From: Candidatus Binatota bacterium
GTDB lineage: Bacteria > Desulfobacterota > Binatia > JACPRU01
Length of the DNA: 59,036 nucleotides
Reading direction: 5' to 3'
Assembly (NCBI GenBank): GCA_034666665.1
Contig: JAXDLK010000005.1
Coordinates: 1 to 59,036, forward strand
Shown here: positions 18,262-26,654 of the stretch, one piece after another
Position numbering within the stretch: position 1 is the first letter of the stretch
How the letters are laid out: each line of letters opens with the position of its first letter
Notes under the pieces: model-generated
The model's database searches: none
What the model was told of the DNA's origin: nothing
What the model saw: only the letters and a program-made list of their open reading frames with translations
Translations under genes and position numbers: made by a program

Positions 18262-19518
18262 TCAGGACGCAGGCAACTCCGCCGGCGGCGCGGCGGCGAT
18301 CGACGGTGATCCGTCGGCGCGACGTCCGTCGACCCACGTGGTGTCCAGCCAAACCTTGCCGTTCTCGTCCCACGAGATTTCCCGTCCGTGCTGCTTGCCG
18401 TCTCGGTACTCGCGCTCGATCCACGGCCGGCCGTCTTTGCGCCAGAACCTCCACAGCCCGTGCTCGCGTCCGTTGCGCCACTCGCCCTCGCGCTCCTTCC
18501 GGCCGTTCCGGTACCAGGTGATCTCCAGGCCCTCTCGCAGGCCGTGGACGTAGGCGAGCACGAGCTTCTTCTGGCCGTCGTCGTACCACTCGGTCCCTTC
18601 ACCGTCGCGCTGGTCGTGGTCCCAGGTTCCCTCCCAGTGCTTTTGACCGTTCTCGAACCAGGCCACCCAGTGGCCATGCTGCTCGTTGTCGCGCCACTCC
18701 CCTTCCGACTGTTTCGCTCCGTTGTCGTACCAGCGCGTCCACAGGCCTTCTTGCCGGCCATCGCGCCACTCGCCGACGAACTCCTTGCCGCCGTTCTCGT
18801 ACCAGCCGGCCTCCAGCCCGTGGAGCTGGCCGCCGCGGTAATGCTGCACGAGCATCTTGGTTCCGTTCGGGTACCACTCGGTCCAGCCGCCGTCTTTCAC
18901 TCCGCTCCGCCAGTGGCCCTCGAGCTGCTTGTGGCCGTTCGGATGCCACGTGACCTGCAGCCCGGACGGCTGGTCTTCGCGATACTCGACCTCTTCGGCT
19001 TTCTGACCGTCTTCGTGCCACCGGCGCCAGACACCGACCCGCCGACCAGCGTTCCACGAGCCCTGGCTTTGCACCGCGCCGTTCGGGTACCAGCCGATCT
19101 CCGGTCCATCGAGCACGCCATCGCGGAAACGTCGCTCCTGCCGCTTTGCACCGGTCTCGTACCAGTGCATCCACTGGCCTTCCTGCATTCCCTTCTTCCA
19201 GTGGATTTGCTCGCGGACCGTTCCGTCCTCGTACCAGGAGGTCTCATCACCGTCGGGCCGGCCGTACCGATACGAGATCGCGCGCTTGGGCTCTCCGCTC
19301 GGATATCGCGCGAGGTACGGGCCGTGCTTGTACGGCTTGCCGTCGTCGTCGACGGCTTCGCACCACTGCTCGGCGAACTTCGTCACCAAGTGGAGGGTTT
19401 CGAAGCGCCGTTCGGAGACCTTGTGCGTGCCGAAGGGGCAGGCGACGGGCTCGCAGGCCGGCAACGAGGCGGCCACCACCGCCACGAGGGGAAGGAGACG
19501 CAGGGTCGCGGAGCGCAT
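18262..19518 (-). CDS. MORN-repeat-variant (YwqK-like) lipoprotein
   Basis: The signal peptide and lipobox read MRSATLRLLPLVAVVAASLPAC. It has more than 12 tandem repeats of the type G.W..WYENG.K..EG.W..G...G. Confidence 0.8.
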   Translation of the reverse strand: MRSATLRLLPLVAVVAASLPACEPVACPFGTHKVSERRFETLHLVTKFAEQWCEAVDDDGKPYKHGPYLARYPSGEPKRAISYRYGRPDGDETSWYEDGTVREQIHWKKGMQEGQWMHWYETGAKRQERRFRDGVLDGPEIGWYPNGAVQSQGSWNAGRRVGVWRRWHEDGQKAEEVEYREDQPSGLQVTWHPNGHKQLEGHWRSGVKDGGWTEWYPNGTKMLVQHYRGGQLHGLEAGWYENGGKEFVGEWRDGRQEGLWTRWYDNGAKQSEGEWRDNEQHGHWVAWFENGQKHWEGTWDHDQRDGEGTEWYDDGQKKLVLAYVHGLREGLEITWYRNGRKEREGEWRNGREHGLWRFWRKDGRPWIEREYRDGKQHGREISWDENGKVWLDTTWVDGRRADGSPSIAAAPPAELPAS

Positions 19519-19665
19519 CGACTTCGAGTCGAATCTACGGCGTTCACGCCGCTCGGCACAAGAGGACGGGACTGCGCAGGAACGTCGAGACGTGAGCGAC
19601 GCCGCGGTTGTAAATCCGGGAACCTTCCTCTAGAGAAAGAGAGTTCGGAACGACTCACTCTACGC

Positions 19666-20160
19666 ATGCGCCCACTCCTGCGGATTGCGCTCACCGTACT
19701 GCTCCTCGCCGGCGCCCGATGCGCGTCGGCCGCCGACCTCTCGCCGGAGGAGACGCTCAAGCAGTACCTTTCGGGCGTGCAGGATCAGGAGTTCGACAAG
19801 GTCTACGACCTCGTCTCGGCGGGGATGAAACACGACAAGTCGAAGGAAGTCTGGGCGAAGGAGCAGCAGTACATCTTCCAGCTGTCGGAGGCGAAGATCT
19901 TCGACTTCGACGTCTATCCGTCGAAGATCGAGGGAGAGGTCGCCAAGGTCCCGAACATCCTGAGCTCGCAGGACAAGTTCCTGAACCAGCTCGGCGTCGA
20001 GGAGCACGAGCTCTACATACTGGTGAAGGAAGACGGGAAGTGGAAGGTCGACCGCCAAGAGGCGGTGGTCGAGAACGCCGACATCGACAAGTGGTTCCCC
20101 AAGAAGGCCCACGAAGACTCGCCCGCGAAGATCGAGACCAAGCCCCCGGACGCTCCCTGA
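19666..20160 (+). CDS. Secreted hypothetical protein (NTF2/DUF4878-like by eye)
   Basis: Only the last 164 codons of track ORF 18388..20160 look real. The rest is antisense to the MORN gene. ATG 19666 gives MRPLLRIALTVLLLAGARCASA, a signal peptide. The product is Lys/Glu-rich and globular. Confidence 0.65.
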   Translation: MRPLLRIALTVLLLAGARCASAADLSPEETLKQYLSGVQDQEFDKVYDLVSAGMKHDKSKEVWAKEQQYIFQLSEAKIFDFDVYPSKIEGEVAKVPNILSSQDKFLNQLGVEEHELYILVKEDGKWKVDRQEAVVENADIDKWFPKKAHEDSPAKIETKPPDAP

Positions 20161-20499
20161 TCCTGGATCGAGTCGGATGCTCGCGCCGTCGTCGCAAGCA
20201 CCTGTCGCCGAGACCCACATCGCCACCCGACGCTCCGGCTTCGCCAGGTGTGGACGCTGCAGCGGGGAGCAGGAACGACGCCGAGCGGCAGCTCGAGTCC
20301 GACGTCTCGATGCCGAGCCGTCGAGCCTGCCGACTCGCTCTGCCGGGGGCGTTGCTTGCCGGGCCGCCCCGAATGTTCTTGACACGCTCGCGCCGAGTTT
20401 GTTACGGGAGCCGCGATTTCTGTGGCATTTCAGCGCAGGAGGTTTTCCTGCGGGCGAATCGGGACGTATCTGGTCGCGGCCTTCCTCAAGGAGACGCAA

Positions 20500-21558
20500 A
20501 TGTTCCCACGGATGCCGCTCGTTGCGGCCTTGTCGTTGCTCGTTCTCGGCGCCTGCCACCAGGAGTTCGAGAACGTCCCTCTTGCTCAGCAGAAGATCTA
20601 CTTTTCCGACAAGTTCTTCGACGTGAAGGCCATTGGCCCCGATCACGCCGTGATCGTCGGCTACGGTGGCAAGATCCTCGAGACCTCCGACGGCGGGGTC
20701 ACGTTCGAGCGGCGAGAGAGCGGGACCGATCTGGCGCTCTACAAGGTCGCCGCGGTCGGACAGGATCTCTGGGTCTCCGGTCAAGAGGGCACCATCCTTC
20801 ACTCCGGCGACGGCGGGAAGACCTGGCAAAAGCAGCAGGCCGGCACGAACGTGTATCTTTTTTCCATCTTTTTCGTGGACCAGAGCCGCGGCTTCGCGGT
20901 CGGAGACAAATCGGCCTTCCTGCAGACGTCCGACGGCGGCAAGACCTGGCAGGCCGCCAAGATTGCACCCACGTTCGACAACAACGCCGATCCCGATCTC
21001 GCGCTCGCGATGCAGGACCCCGTGCTCTACGACGTTCACTTCCTCGACGCGCAGAATGGCTGGGTCGTCGGTGAGTTCGGCCGCATCTACAAGACCGAGG
21101 ATGGCGGCCAGTCATGGAAAGAGACGCAGAACTCGTTGATGAGCGCCGAAACGGGAATCGTCGACCCGATGGACATTCCCACGTTCTTCGGCATCGACGT
21201 GGTCTCGCCGCAGGAGGCGGTGGTCACGGGGCTCGAGGGCAGGATCGCGCGGACGACGGACGCGGGCGCGACGTGGCGCTTCGACGCGATGGAGCTGCAG
21301 TACCCGATCGTCGACCCACTCTACGAATCGTGGGTCGGCCCCGATGGTACGTCATGGGCGGTCGGCGCCGCGGGGGAGATCGTCTCGCGCGTGTCCGGTG
21401 CGACATCCTGGAAGCGTGCAGATCTCGGGATGCCGATCTACACTTGGATCCGGTCGATCGATTTTTCCGATCCGCAAAACGGCTGGTTGGTCGGCGGCTA
21501 CGGCACCGTGCTGCACACGGCCGACGGCGGCAAGAGCTGGAAGCTCTGCCTCGGTTAG
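20500..21558 (+). CDS. Ycf48-like / BNR-repeat beta-propeller lipoprotein (copy 1)
   Basis: AAGGAG lies 6 nt before ATG 20500. The lipobox is LLVLGAC. It has repeated S/TxDGGxTW sialidase-type motifs (SDGGVTF, GDGGKTW, SDGGKTW, EDGGQSW, TDAGATW, ADGGKSW). Confidence 0.85.
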   Translation: MFPRMPLVAALSLLVLGACHQEFENVPLAQQKIYFSDKFFDVKAIGPDHAVIVGYGGKILETSDGGVTFERRESGTDLALYKVAAVGQDLWVSGQEGTILHSGDGGKTWQKQQAGTNVYLFSIFFVDQSRGFAVGDKSAFLQTSDGGKTWQAAKIAPTFDNNADPDLALAMQDPVLYDVHFLDAQNGWVVGEFGRIYKTEDGGQSWKETQNSLMSAETGIVDPMDIPTFFGIDVVSPQEAVVTGLEGRIARTTDAGATWRFDAMELQYPIVDPLYESWVGPDGTSWAVGAAGEIVSRVSGATSWKRADLGMPIYTWIRSIDFSDPQNGWLVGGYGTVLHTADGGKSWKLCLG

Positions 21559-21654
21559 GAGCCGACGCCATGAGCCGACGATAGGAGCCGACGAGCGGAC
21601 GCGCAGCAGGGGACGGGGATGAGGACGAGGGGCGGCGAAAGGAGGAGGGGAGTC

Positions 21655-23553
21655 ATGGTCGGACGATGTAGCCTCGGGCGGCGTGGGGCGGTCCCTCGGT
21701 CGGGTTGGACGGTCGCGGCCGCATTGCTTCTCGCCTCGATCGTCGCCTCGCCCGCGCACGCGACGGTGCGCTACGGCGACATCCAGATCTCCGGGAACGT
21801 GCAGACGCAGGAGCTGTTCCGGATCCAGGAGCACTCGGACACCTTCAGCGCGTTCAACCCGGTCCAGCAGCGGAACACGTTTCGCCTGCAGTACGAGCAC
21901 CAGCTCGTCAAGGACGGAGGAAACTTCCTCCAAGGGATGGCGCAGCTTCCGTTCATTCGCAGCGCAAACCTCTTCGCCTACTACCGCTTCGTCTACGATT
22001 CGATCTACGACCTCGCGCCCGGGCCGCACCTCGAAGCGCAGGACGGAAGCCACGCGGGCAAGCTCGATCAGATCCCCAGGTCCGCGCGACACGACATCGC
22101 CTTCGAGAACGTGCTCCGCGAGTTCTTCATCGACATCGACCTCGCCCGCGTCCCGGTATCGCTGCGCATCGGCCGGCAACAGATCGTCTGGGGTGAAGCG
22201 CTCTCCTTCCGTGCTCTCGACAGCGTCAACGGCCTCGATCTCTCGTGGCACCTGCAGCAGGAAGCGGGGCTGCTCGGCAAGGTCGGCTTCGACGAGCTGC
22301 GCATCCCCGCGTGGACGATCAAGGCGCTCTGGGACATCGGGTCGGTCGGGCCGGTTTCGAACAGCTACCTCGAGATGTTCGACATCCCATTCGACTTCCA
22401 GCCCGCCTACGCGCGGTTCGAGCCCGCGCCCTGGTCGATCCCGGACCGGAACCCCTTCCGCGGCGGCCTCGTGATCCCGGCGGGACCGGCGTTCCTCCAG
22501 GCCTGCTTCGACGACACCGGGAACACGCAGCCGAACGCGGCGGCAAATCCGGATTTCAGCAATGCCTCCGAGACCGGGTTCTGCCCTTCGAGGGATCGGC
22601 AGCGTACCCGCATCCAGCAGGGTCTCTACGGTCGTCATGATGCCGGGGACGTGAACCAGGTGGGCGGCCGCTTCGGCGGCAACGCCTACGGGGTCGGCTT
22701 CACCTTGAACTACATGTACCGGCGGCATCTGGGTGTCGATCTACCCGGAGCCGGCGCCGTCAAGGCCCAGGTGGGTCTCGTGAACAACGGCCTCCCGGGC
22801 CAGCTCCAGATCGCCCCGCACACCACCCTCGATCCGATCACGCGCGAGGAACACGACACCATCGGCTACGTCCGCATTCCGATCGAGTGGTACTACCCGT
22901 ACGTCCACGTGGTCGGTGCGTCGGCGAACTACTTCGAGGAGTACACGTCAGCCGTGTGGACCGTCGAGGGGGCCCTCACGCACGGCATGCCGATCAATAC
23001 GCTCTCGCCGTTCGGCAACGGCTTGAAGAAGAAGGACGTGCTGCTCGGGGCGCTGAACTTCGATCGCCCCACGTGGATCAAATGGCTCAATCGGCGCTCC
23101 ACCTGGCTGATCATCGGCCAGTTGGATTTCAACTACATCTTCGGCCACGACAAGATCCGCACCGGGCCGAGCCCGTTCGTGCAGGACAACGGTGCGACGA
23201 TCGCTCTGGACGGCGACGTCGGTCTGCCGAACTCCTGCACGATCCCGGGTCAGTTCCGCTCACATTGCGACATCGACGAGCTGAAGCAGTTCGAAGCGCT
23301 GACGATCCTCGCGGCCACCACGTTCTACTGGGGCGGCTCGCTGGCTCCGATCGGGGCATGGATCAGCGACTGGGGGAATGCACCGTCGATGGCGTTCGCG
23401 CTGGGGGTCGATTACCTGCCGTCGCCGAACGTCATCATCACACCGGCGCTTCGCATCTACACGAACTTCAATCGCACGGTGGACGAGCCATGGGGCATCG
23501 GCCGGCTGTCGCAGTGGGACGAAGTCCAGCTGAAGCTCACGTATCAGTTCTGA
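21655..23553 (+). CDS. DUF1302-family outer-membrane protein (copy 1)
   Basis: AAAGGAGGAGG precedes ATG 21655. The signal peptide ends ASPAHA. The motif LRIGRQQIVWGEA is shared with the paralog at 50152..52203. The C-terminus LKLTYQF is typical of an OM barrel. Confidence 0.8.
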   Translation: MVGRCSLGRRGAVPRSGWTVAAALLLASIVASPAHATVRYGDIQISGNVQTQELFRIQEHSDTFSAFNPVQQRNTFRLQYEHQLVKDGGNFLQGMAQLPFIRSANLFAYYRFVYDSIYDLAPGPHLEAQDGSHAGKLDQIPRSARHDIAFENVLREFFIDIDLARVPVSLRIGRQQIVWGEALSFRALDSVNGLDLSWHLQQEAGLLGKVGFDELRIPAWTIKALWDIGSVGPVSNSYLEMFDIPFDFQPAYARFEPAPWSIPDRNPFRGGLVIPAGPAFLQACFDDTGNTQPNAAANPDFSNASETGFCPSRDRQRTRIQQGLYGRHDAGDVNQVGGRFGGNAYGVGFTLNYMYRRHLGVDLPGAGAVKAQVGLVNNGLPGQLQIAPHTTLDPITREEHDTIGYVRIPIEWYYPYVHVVGASANYFEEYTSAVWTVEGALTHGMPINTLSPFGNGLKKKDVLLGALNFDRPTWIKWLNRRSTWLIIGQLDFNYIFGHDKIRTGPSPFVQDNGATIALDGDVGLPNSCTIPGQFRSHCDIDELKQFEALTILAATTFYWGGSLAPIGAWISDWGNAPSMAFALGVDYLPSPNVIITPALRIYTNFNRTVDEPWGIGRLSQWDEVQLKLTYQF

Positions 23554-23567
23554 AGCGACGCGAACGA

Positions 23568-23597
23568 GCGCATGGCCGCAGTCGGGCGGCCATGCGC
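23568..23597 (+). terminator. Perfect 12-bp stem-loop downstream of DUF1302 copy 1 (no U-tract)
   Basis: The stem is GCGCATGGCCGC - agtcgg - GCGGCCATGCGC, starting 15 nt after the stop. A third GCGCATGG copy at 23601-23608 could pair alternatively. Confidence 0.4.
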
Positions 23598-23632
23598 GTC
23601 GCGCATGGGTCGGGTCGAGCCCGCATTCTGCG

Positions 23633-24085
23633 ATGACGCGTCCGCGCTTCGTACCGGCCGGCGAATCGGACGCACCCGAGATCGTCGCCATGATGCGCGA
23701 GCTCTACGAACTCGACGGCTACGGCTACGATGGCGCGCGGGCACTCGAGGCGGTGTGCGCCCTGCTCCGCGATCCCCGCTTCGGGCGCATCTGGCTGATC
23801 CATGCGGAAGAGCCGGAGCCGGTAGGCTACGTCGTCCTGACGCTCGGCTACAGCCTCGAGTTCCACGGCCGTGACGCTTTTCTCGACGAGCTGTACGTCC
23901 GCGAGCCGCATCGCGGCCGAGGCGTCGGCACCGCGGCGATCGCGGTCGTCGAGGAAGCCTGCCGAGAGCTCGGCGTCGGCGCGCTTCACCTCGAGGTGGA
24001 GCGGAGGAACGTCCGTGCCGCGGAGCTCTACCGCCGCCTCGCGTACGTCGACCACGATCGGTTCCTGATGACCAAGCGACTGTGA
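23633..24085 (+). CDS. GNAT family N-acetyltransferase
   Basis: The acetyl-CoA motif A reads LYVREPHRGRGVGTAAI. The product is 150 aa. Confidence 0.85.
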   Translation: MTRPRFVPAGESDAPEIVAMMRELYELDGYGYDGARALEAVCALLRDPRFGRIWLIHAEEPEPVGYVVLTLGYSLEFHGRDAFLDELYVREPHRGRGVGTAAIAVVEEACRELGVGALHLEVERRNVRAAELYRRLAYVDHDRFLMTKRL

Positions 24086-24125
24086 CGGATGGTCTCTGCG
24101 CGGGGGGCCGCCTAGGATCGACGCC

Positions 24126-24920
24126 ATGCAGGAAAATGCGCGCGGCCGGCGCATCCCGGCCCTCTTCGTCGGGCACGGCAACCCGATGAACGCGATCGAG
24201 GACAACGAGGTGTCTCGCTCGTGGCGGCGGCTCGGCGAAACGCTGCCGCGGCCGCGGGCGATCCTCTCGGTCTCGGCCCACTGGTACGTTCCCGGGTGCC
24301 GCGTCACCGTCGATGAACGTCCGCGCACTCTGCACGACTTCGGCGGGTTTCCCCGCCGGCTGCACGAGGTGGAGTACCCCGCGCCCGGCTCCCCGGAGGT
24401 CGCGCGCCGCGTGCGGGAGCTGCTCGCGCCACGGCCGGTGGAGCTCGACGACCGCTGGGGGCTCGACCACGGAACCTGGTCGGTCCTGGTGCATCTCTTT
24501 CCCGGAGCGGACGTTCCGGTCGTTCAGCTCGGGATCGACGAGACCCTACCGCCGGCTGAGCACTGGGAGGTCGCTCGCCGGCTCCGCCCGCTGCGTGAGG
24601 AAGGTGTGCTCGTGCTCGGCTCGGGAAACGTCGTGCACAACCTCCACGCGTATGCCTGGGGCCACCGGTCCGCGGAGCCGTTCGACTGGGCGGCTCGATT
24701 CGAACGCCGGATCCGCGAGTCCATGATCGCGCGGGATCCGCACGCGGTGGTGGGCTACGAAGCGCTCGGTCGAGATGCGGCTCTGGCTGCTCCCACGCCC
24801 GAGCATTTTCTGCCGCTCGTGTACGTCCTCGCACAGAGTGACGCCGGCGAGCCGGTCTCGTTTCCGGTCGAGGGGTTCGACGGCGGCTCGATCTCGATGC
24901 TCGCCGTCCTGTTCGGCTGA
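24126..24920 (+). CDS. ygiD: 4,5-DOPA dioxygenase extradiol (class III extradiol dioxygenase, YgiD-like)
   Basis: Motifs seen: PALFVGHGNPMNA, SAHWY, EYPAPG, LDHGTWSVL, GSGNVVHNL and HFLPLVY. Confidence 0.85.
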   Translation: MQENARGRRIPALFVGHGNPMNAIEDNEVSRSWRRLGETLPRPRAILSVSAHWYVPGCRVTVDERPRTLHDFGGFPRRLHEVEYPAPGSPEVARRVRELLAPRPVELDDRWGLDHGTWSVLVHLFPGADVPVVQLGIDETLPPAEHWEVARRLRPLREEGVLVLGSGNVVHNLHAYAWGHRSAEPFDWAARFERRIRESMIARDPHAVVGYEALGRDAALAAPTPEHFLPLVYVLAQSDAGEPVSFPVEGFDGGSISMLAVLFG

Positions 24921-24949
24921 TGTCGACGAACACTCTCGGCGCGTGAACG

Positions 24950-24983
24950 AAAAAAAAGAGCCGCCGGGACGATTCCCGGCGGC
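24950..24983 (-). terminator. Rho-independent terminator (strong on the minus strand, weak on plus)
   Basis: The minus strand reads GCCGCCGGGA-atcg-TCCCGGCGGC followed by TC-TTTTTTTT. On plus, the hairpin is followed only by CCCCTTTG. It lies between the convergent ygiD-like and DUF1329 genes. Confidence 0.75.
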
Positions 24984-25051
24984 CCCCTTTGCACCACGGA
25001 TCCCCTACGGCACGGACGATTCTGTCAGGTGATCACGACGGTGCGAATCCT

Positions 25052-25092
25052 GCGGAGCGGCGCGCCCCGCGGTTGGGGGTGCGCCGCTCCGC
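25052..25092 (-). terminator. 12-bp GC stem-loop 16 nt after the DUF1329 stop
   Basis: The stem is GCGGAGCGGCGC - 17 nt - GCGCCGCTCCGC. There is no U-tract, so it may be a stabiliser or attenuator rather than a terminator. Confidence 0.35.
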
Positions 25093-25108
25093 GTCGCGCA
25101 GGCTCGAT

Positions 25109-26440
25109 TTAGAAGCCGGCGCTCTTGATCAGGTAGTTGATGGTGAAGTTATCCGGCGTGTTCCACTCCTTCGTGGTGTTGTGGTACCAGTGCTTCACTC
25201 CCAGGTTCGGATAGAGATACCCGTCCGGGCAGTCCCACTTGGAGGTGTGGTTCAGCTGGTGATCGACCACGCCACCGTGGTTCGGGTAGATGTGGTCGTA
25301 GTCGTACGTCGGTGCGTTCGTCGTGCTGGTCGGCACGGTCTTGTAAGCCCCGCCTTCCTTCTTCACGTCGTGCGGGCTCTTGCCCGTGTCCGACATCATG
25401 TACCAGGTCCTCCACAGCTCGCCGCCGTGGTCATAGCCCTCGTTGTACTGGGCCATGTAGGACTCCTTGTCGATGTACAGGATGCGCTTCGAGAACGCGT
25501 ACTGTGAGAACCCGGTCGGCGTTCCCTCGATCACGATCGTGTCACGCACTTCGTGGGGCACGCACCAGATGAAGGCCTTCATGCCGCTCTTGCCATCGGG
25601 CTGGGCGCACCAGGCTTCACGCTGGCCGTAACCGCCCGCGTGGAACGCCGCGAGGAGCTTCTTCTCGCCGAGGAACTTGAACGTCCAGAAGGACAGCTTC
25701 GAGTTCCAAGTCCAGATCGAGTCGATGTCGATGTCCGTGCCCCAGAATGCGTCGGAGCGATTCGCCATCGAGAGACGGCGGACCTTCCGCAGCTCGGGGA
25801 GGTACATGTAGGAGTCGTCCGGAACGTCAGGGGAGACGTAACGGAAGTTGAGCACGCCCGCGCCCTTGAGGTCGTTCGGGTCGTGGAGGGGACCCCACTG
25901 CTCGGTGTAGATGATCGCCGGGTCGTGAGCCACGACCGGCTTCGGGTCCAGGTACAGACGGCCGCGCCACATCATGCGGCGCCAGAAGTTCGAGCCGAAG
26001 AAACGCTCGCGCTCACCGTTCGAGTTCACGAGCTCGACGTTCCAGCCGCAGCCGACGTTGTCGGTGTACGGGGTCTTCTGCTCGTGGTTCCACATCCACT
26101 TGTAGGCCGCGAGCGGATCATTGGGATCCACGTTCGGGAACGGTGCCCCGGCAACGTAGTTCTCCATGTTCCGGCCATCCGCCGACAGCTGAACCTGGGC
26201 CGAGTACTTCTCCGTCGCCTCACGATACTTCGGAGGCCATTCGTACTTGCCGTACTCGATGACCGGGATCTCCATGTCGGCGTTCTTGACGAAGTACGAG
26301 AGGCTCGGGAACAGAACCTCCTGATACTGCGCCATGTTCGCCTTGGTGATGATGGTGCCGGCCTTCGGAATCTCCGCCATCGCCGGCAGGGCGATCGCAA
26401 GCAGGGCCGCGACCGCCATCGAGGTACTAACTCTTCGCAT
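25109..26440 (-). CDS. DUF1329-family (LolA-like) periplasmic/outer-membrane protein
   Basis: The start is set at ATG 26440 after GGAGAAGG. The signal peptide is MRRVSTSMAVAALLAIALPAMA. Motifs typical of DUF1329 are YVAGAPFPN and WMWNHEQK. Confidence 0.8.
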   Translation of the reverse strand: MRRVSTSMAVAALLAIALPAMAEIPKAGTIITKANMAQYQEVLFPSLSYFVKNADMEIPVIEYGKYEWPPKYREATEKYSAQVQLSADGRNMENYVAGAPFPNVDPNDPLAAYKWMWNHEQKTPYTDNVGCGWNVELVNSNGERERFFGSNFWRRMMWRGRLYLDPKPVVAHDPAIIYTEQWGPLHDPNDLKGAGVLNFRYVSPDVPDDSYMYLPELRKVRRLSMANRSDAFWGTDIDIDSIWTWNSKLSFWTFKFLGEKKLLAAFHAGGYGQREAWCAQPDGKSGMKAFIWCVPHEVRDTIVIEGTPTGFSQYAFSKRILYIDKESYMAQYNEGYDHGGELWRTWYMMSDTGKSPHDVKKEGGAYKTVPTSTTNAPTYDYDHIYPNHGGVVDHQLNHTSKWDCPDGYLYPNLGVKHWYHNTTKEWNTPDNFTINYLIKSAGF

Positions 26441-26497
26441 ACCTTCTCCCCTTTCCGCGCCGCTCAGCGGCGCCGCTCTAATGAGCAATTGGTGTAG

Positions 26498-26513
26498 AGC
26501 AACGGCCGTGCCG
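26498..26513 (-). promoter_or_regulatory. Sigma-54 (-24/-12) promoter upstream of the DUF1329 gene
   Basis: The minus strand reads CGGCACGgccgTTGCT against the consensus TGGCACG-N4-TTGCW. The GG-N10-GC spacing is exact. It lies about 58-73 nt upstream of ATG 26440 and directly downstream of an NtrC-type activator gene. Confidence 0.65.
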
Positions 26514-26654
26514 CGTGTCAATCGAACGCCGCCCGGACGGGAAGCCACAACTGCATGAAATCGCAGCTCTTTCTCGAAGTAGTCCCAAAGAGGCGAGTAG
26601 GTAGTTCCACCGGAATTCGGGAATAATTCCGCAGCCCGGAGATTCTCCCCGACC

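Noticed and set aside
18388-19665. First 426 codons of the 590-aa ORF 18388..20160 (+).
   Set aside because: This part is antisense to the MORN-repeat gene and mirrors its repeats as Pro/Val/Leu-rich text. A signal-peptide-bearing start at 19666 explains the genuine 3' part.
20423-20437. TGGCATttcagcGCA upstream of BNR copy 1, which resembles a sigma-54 promoter.
   Set aside because: The GG-to-GC spacing is N9, not the invariant N10, so I do not call it. A nearby TTGACA (20379-20384) also lacks a credible -10 element.
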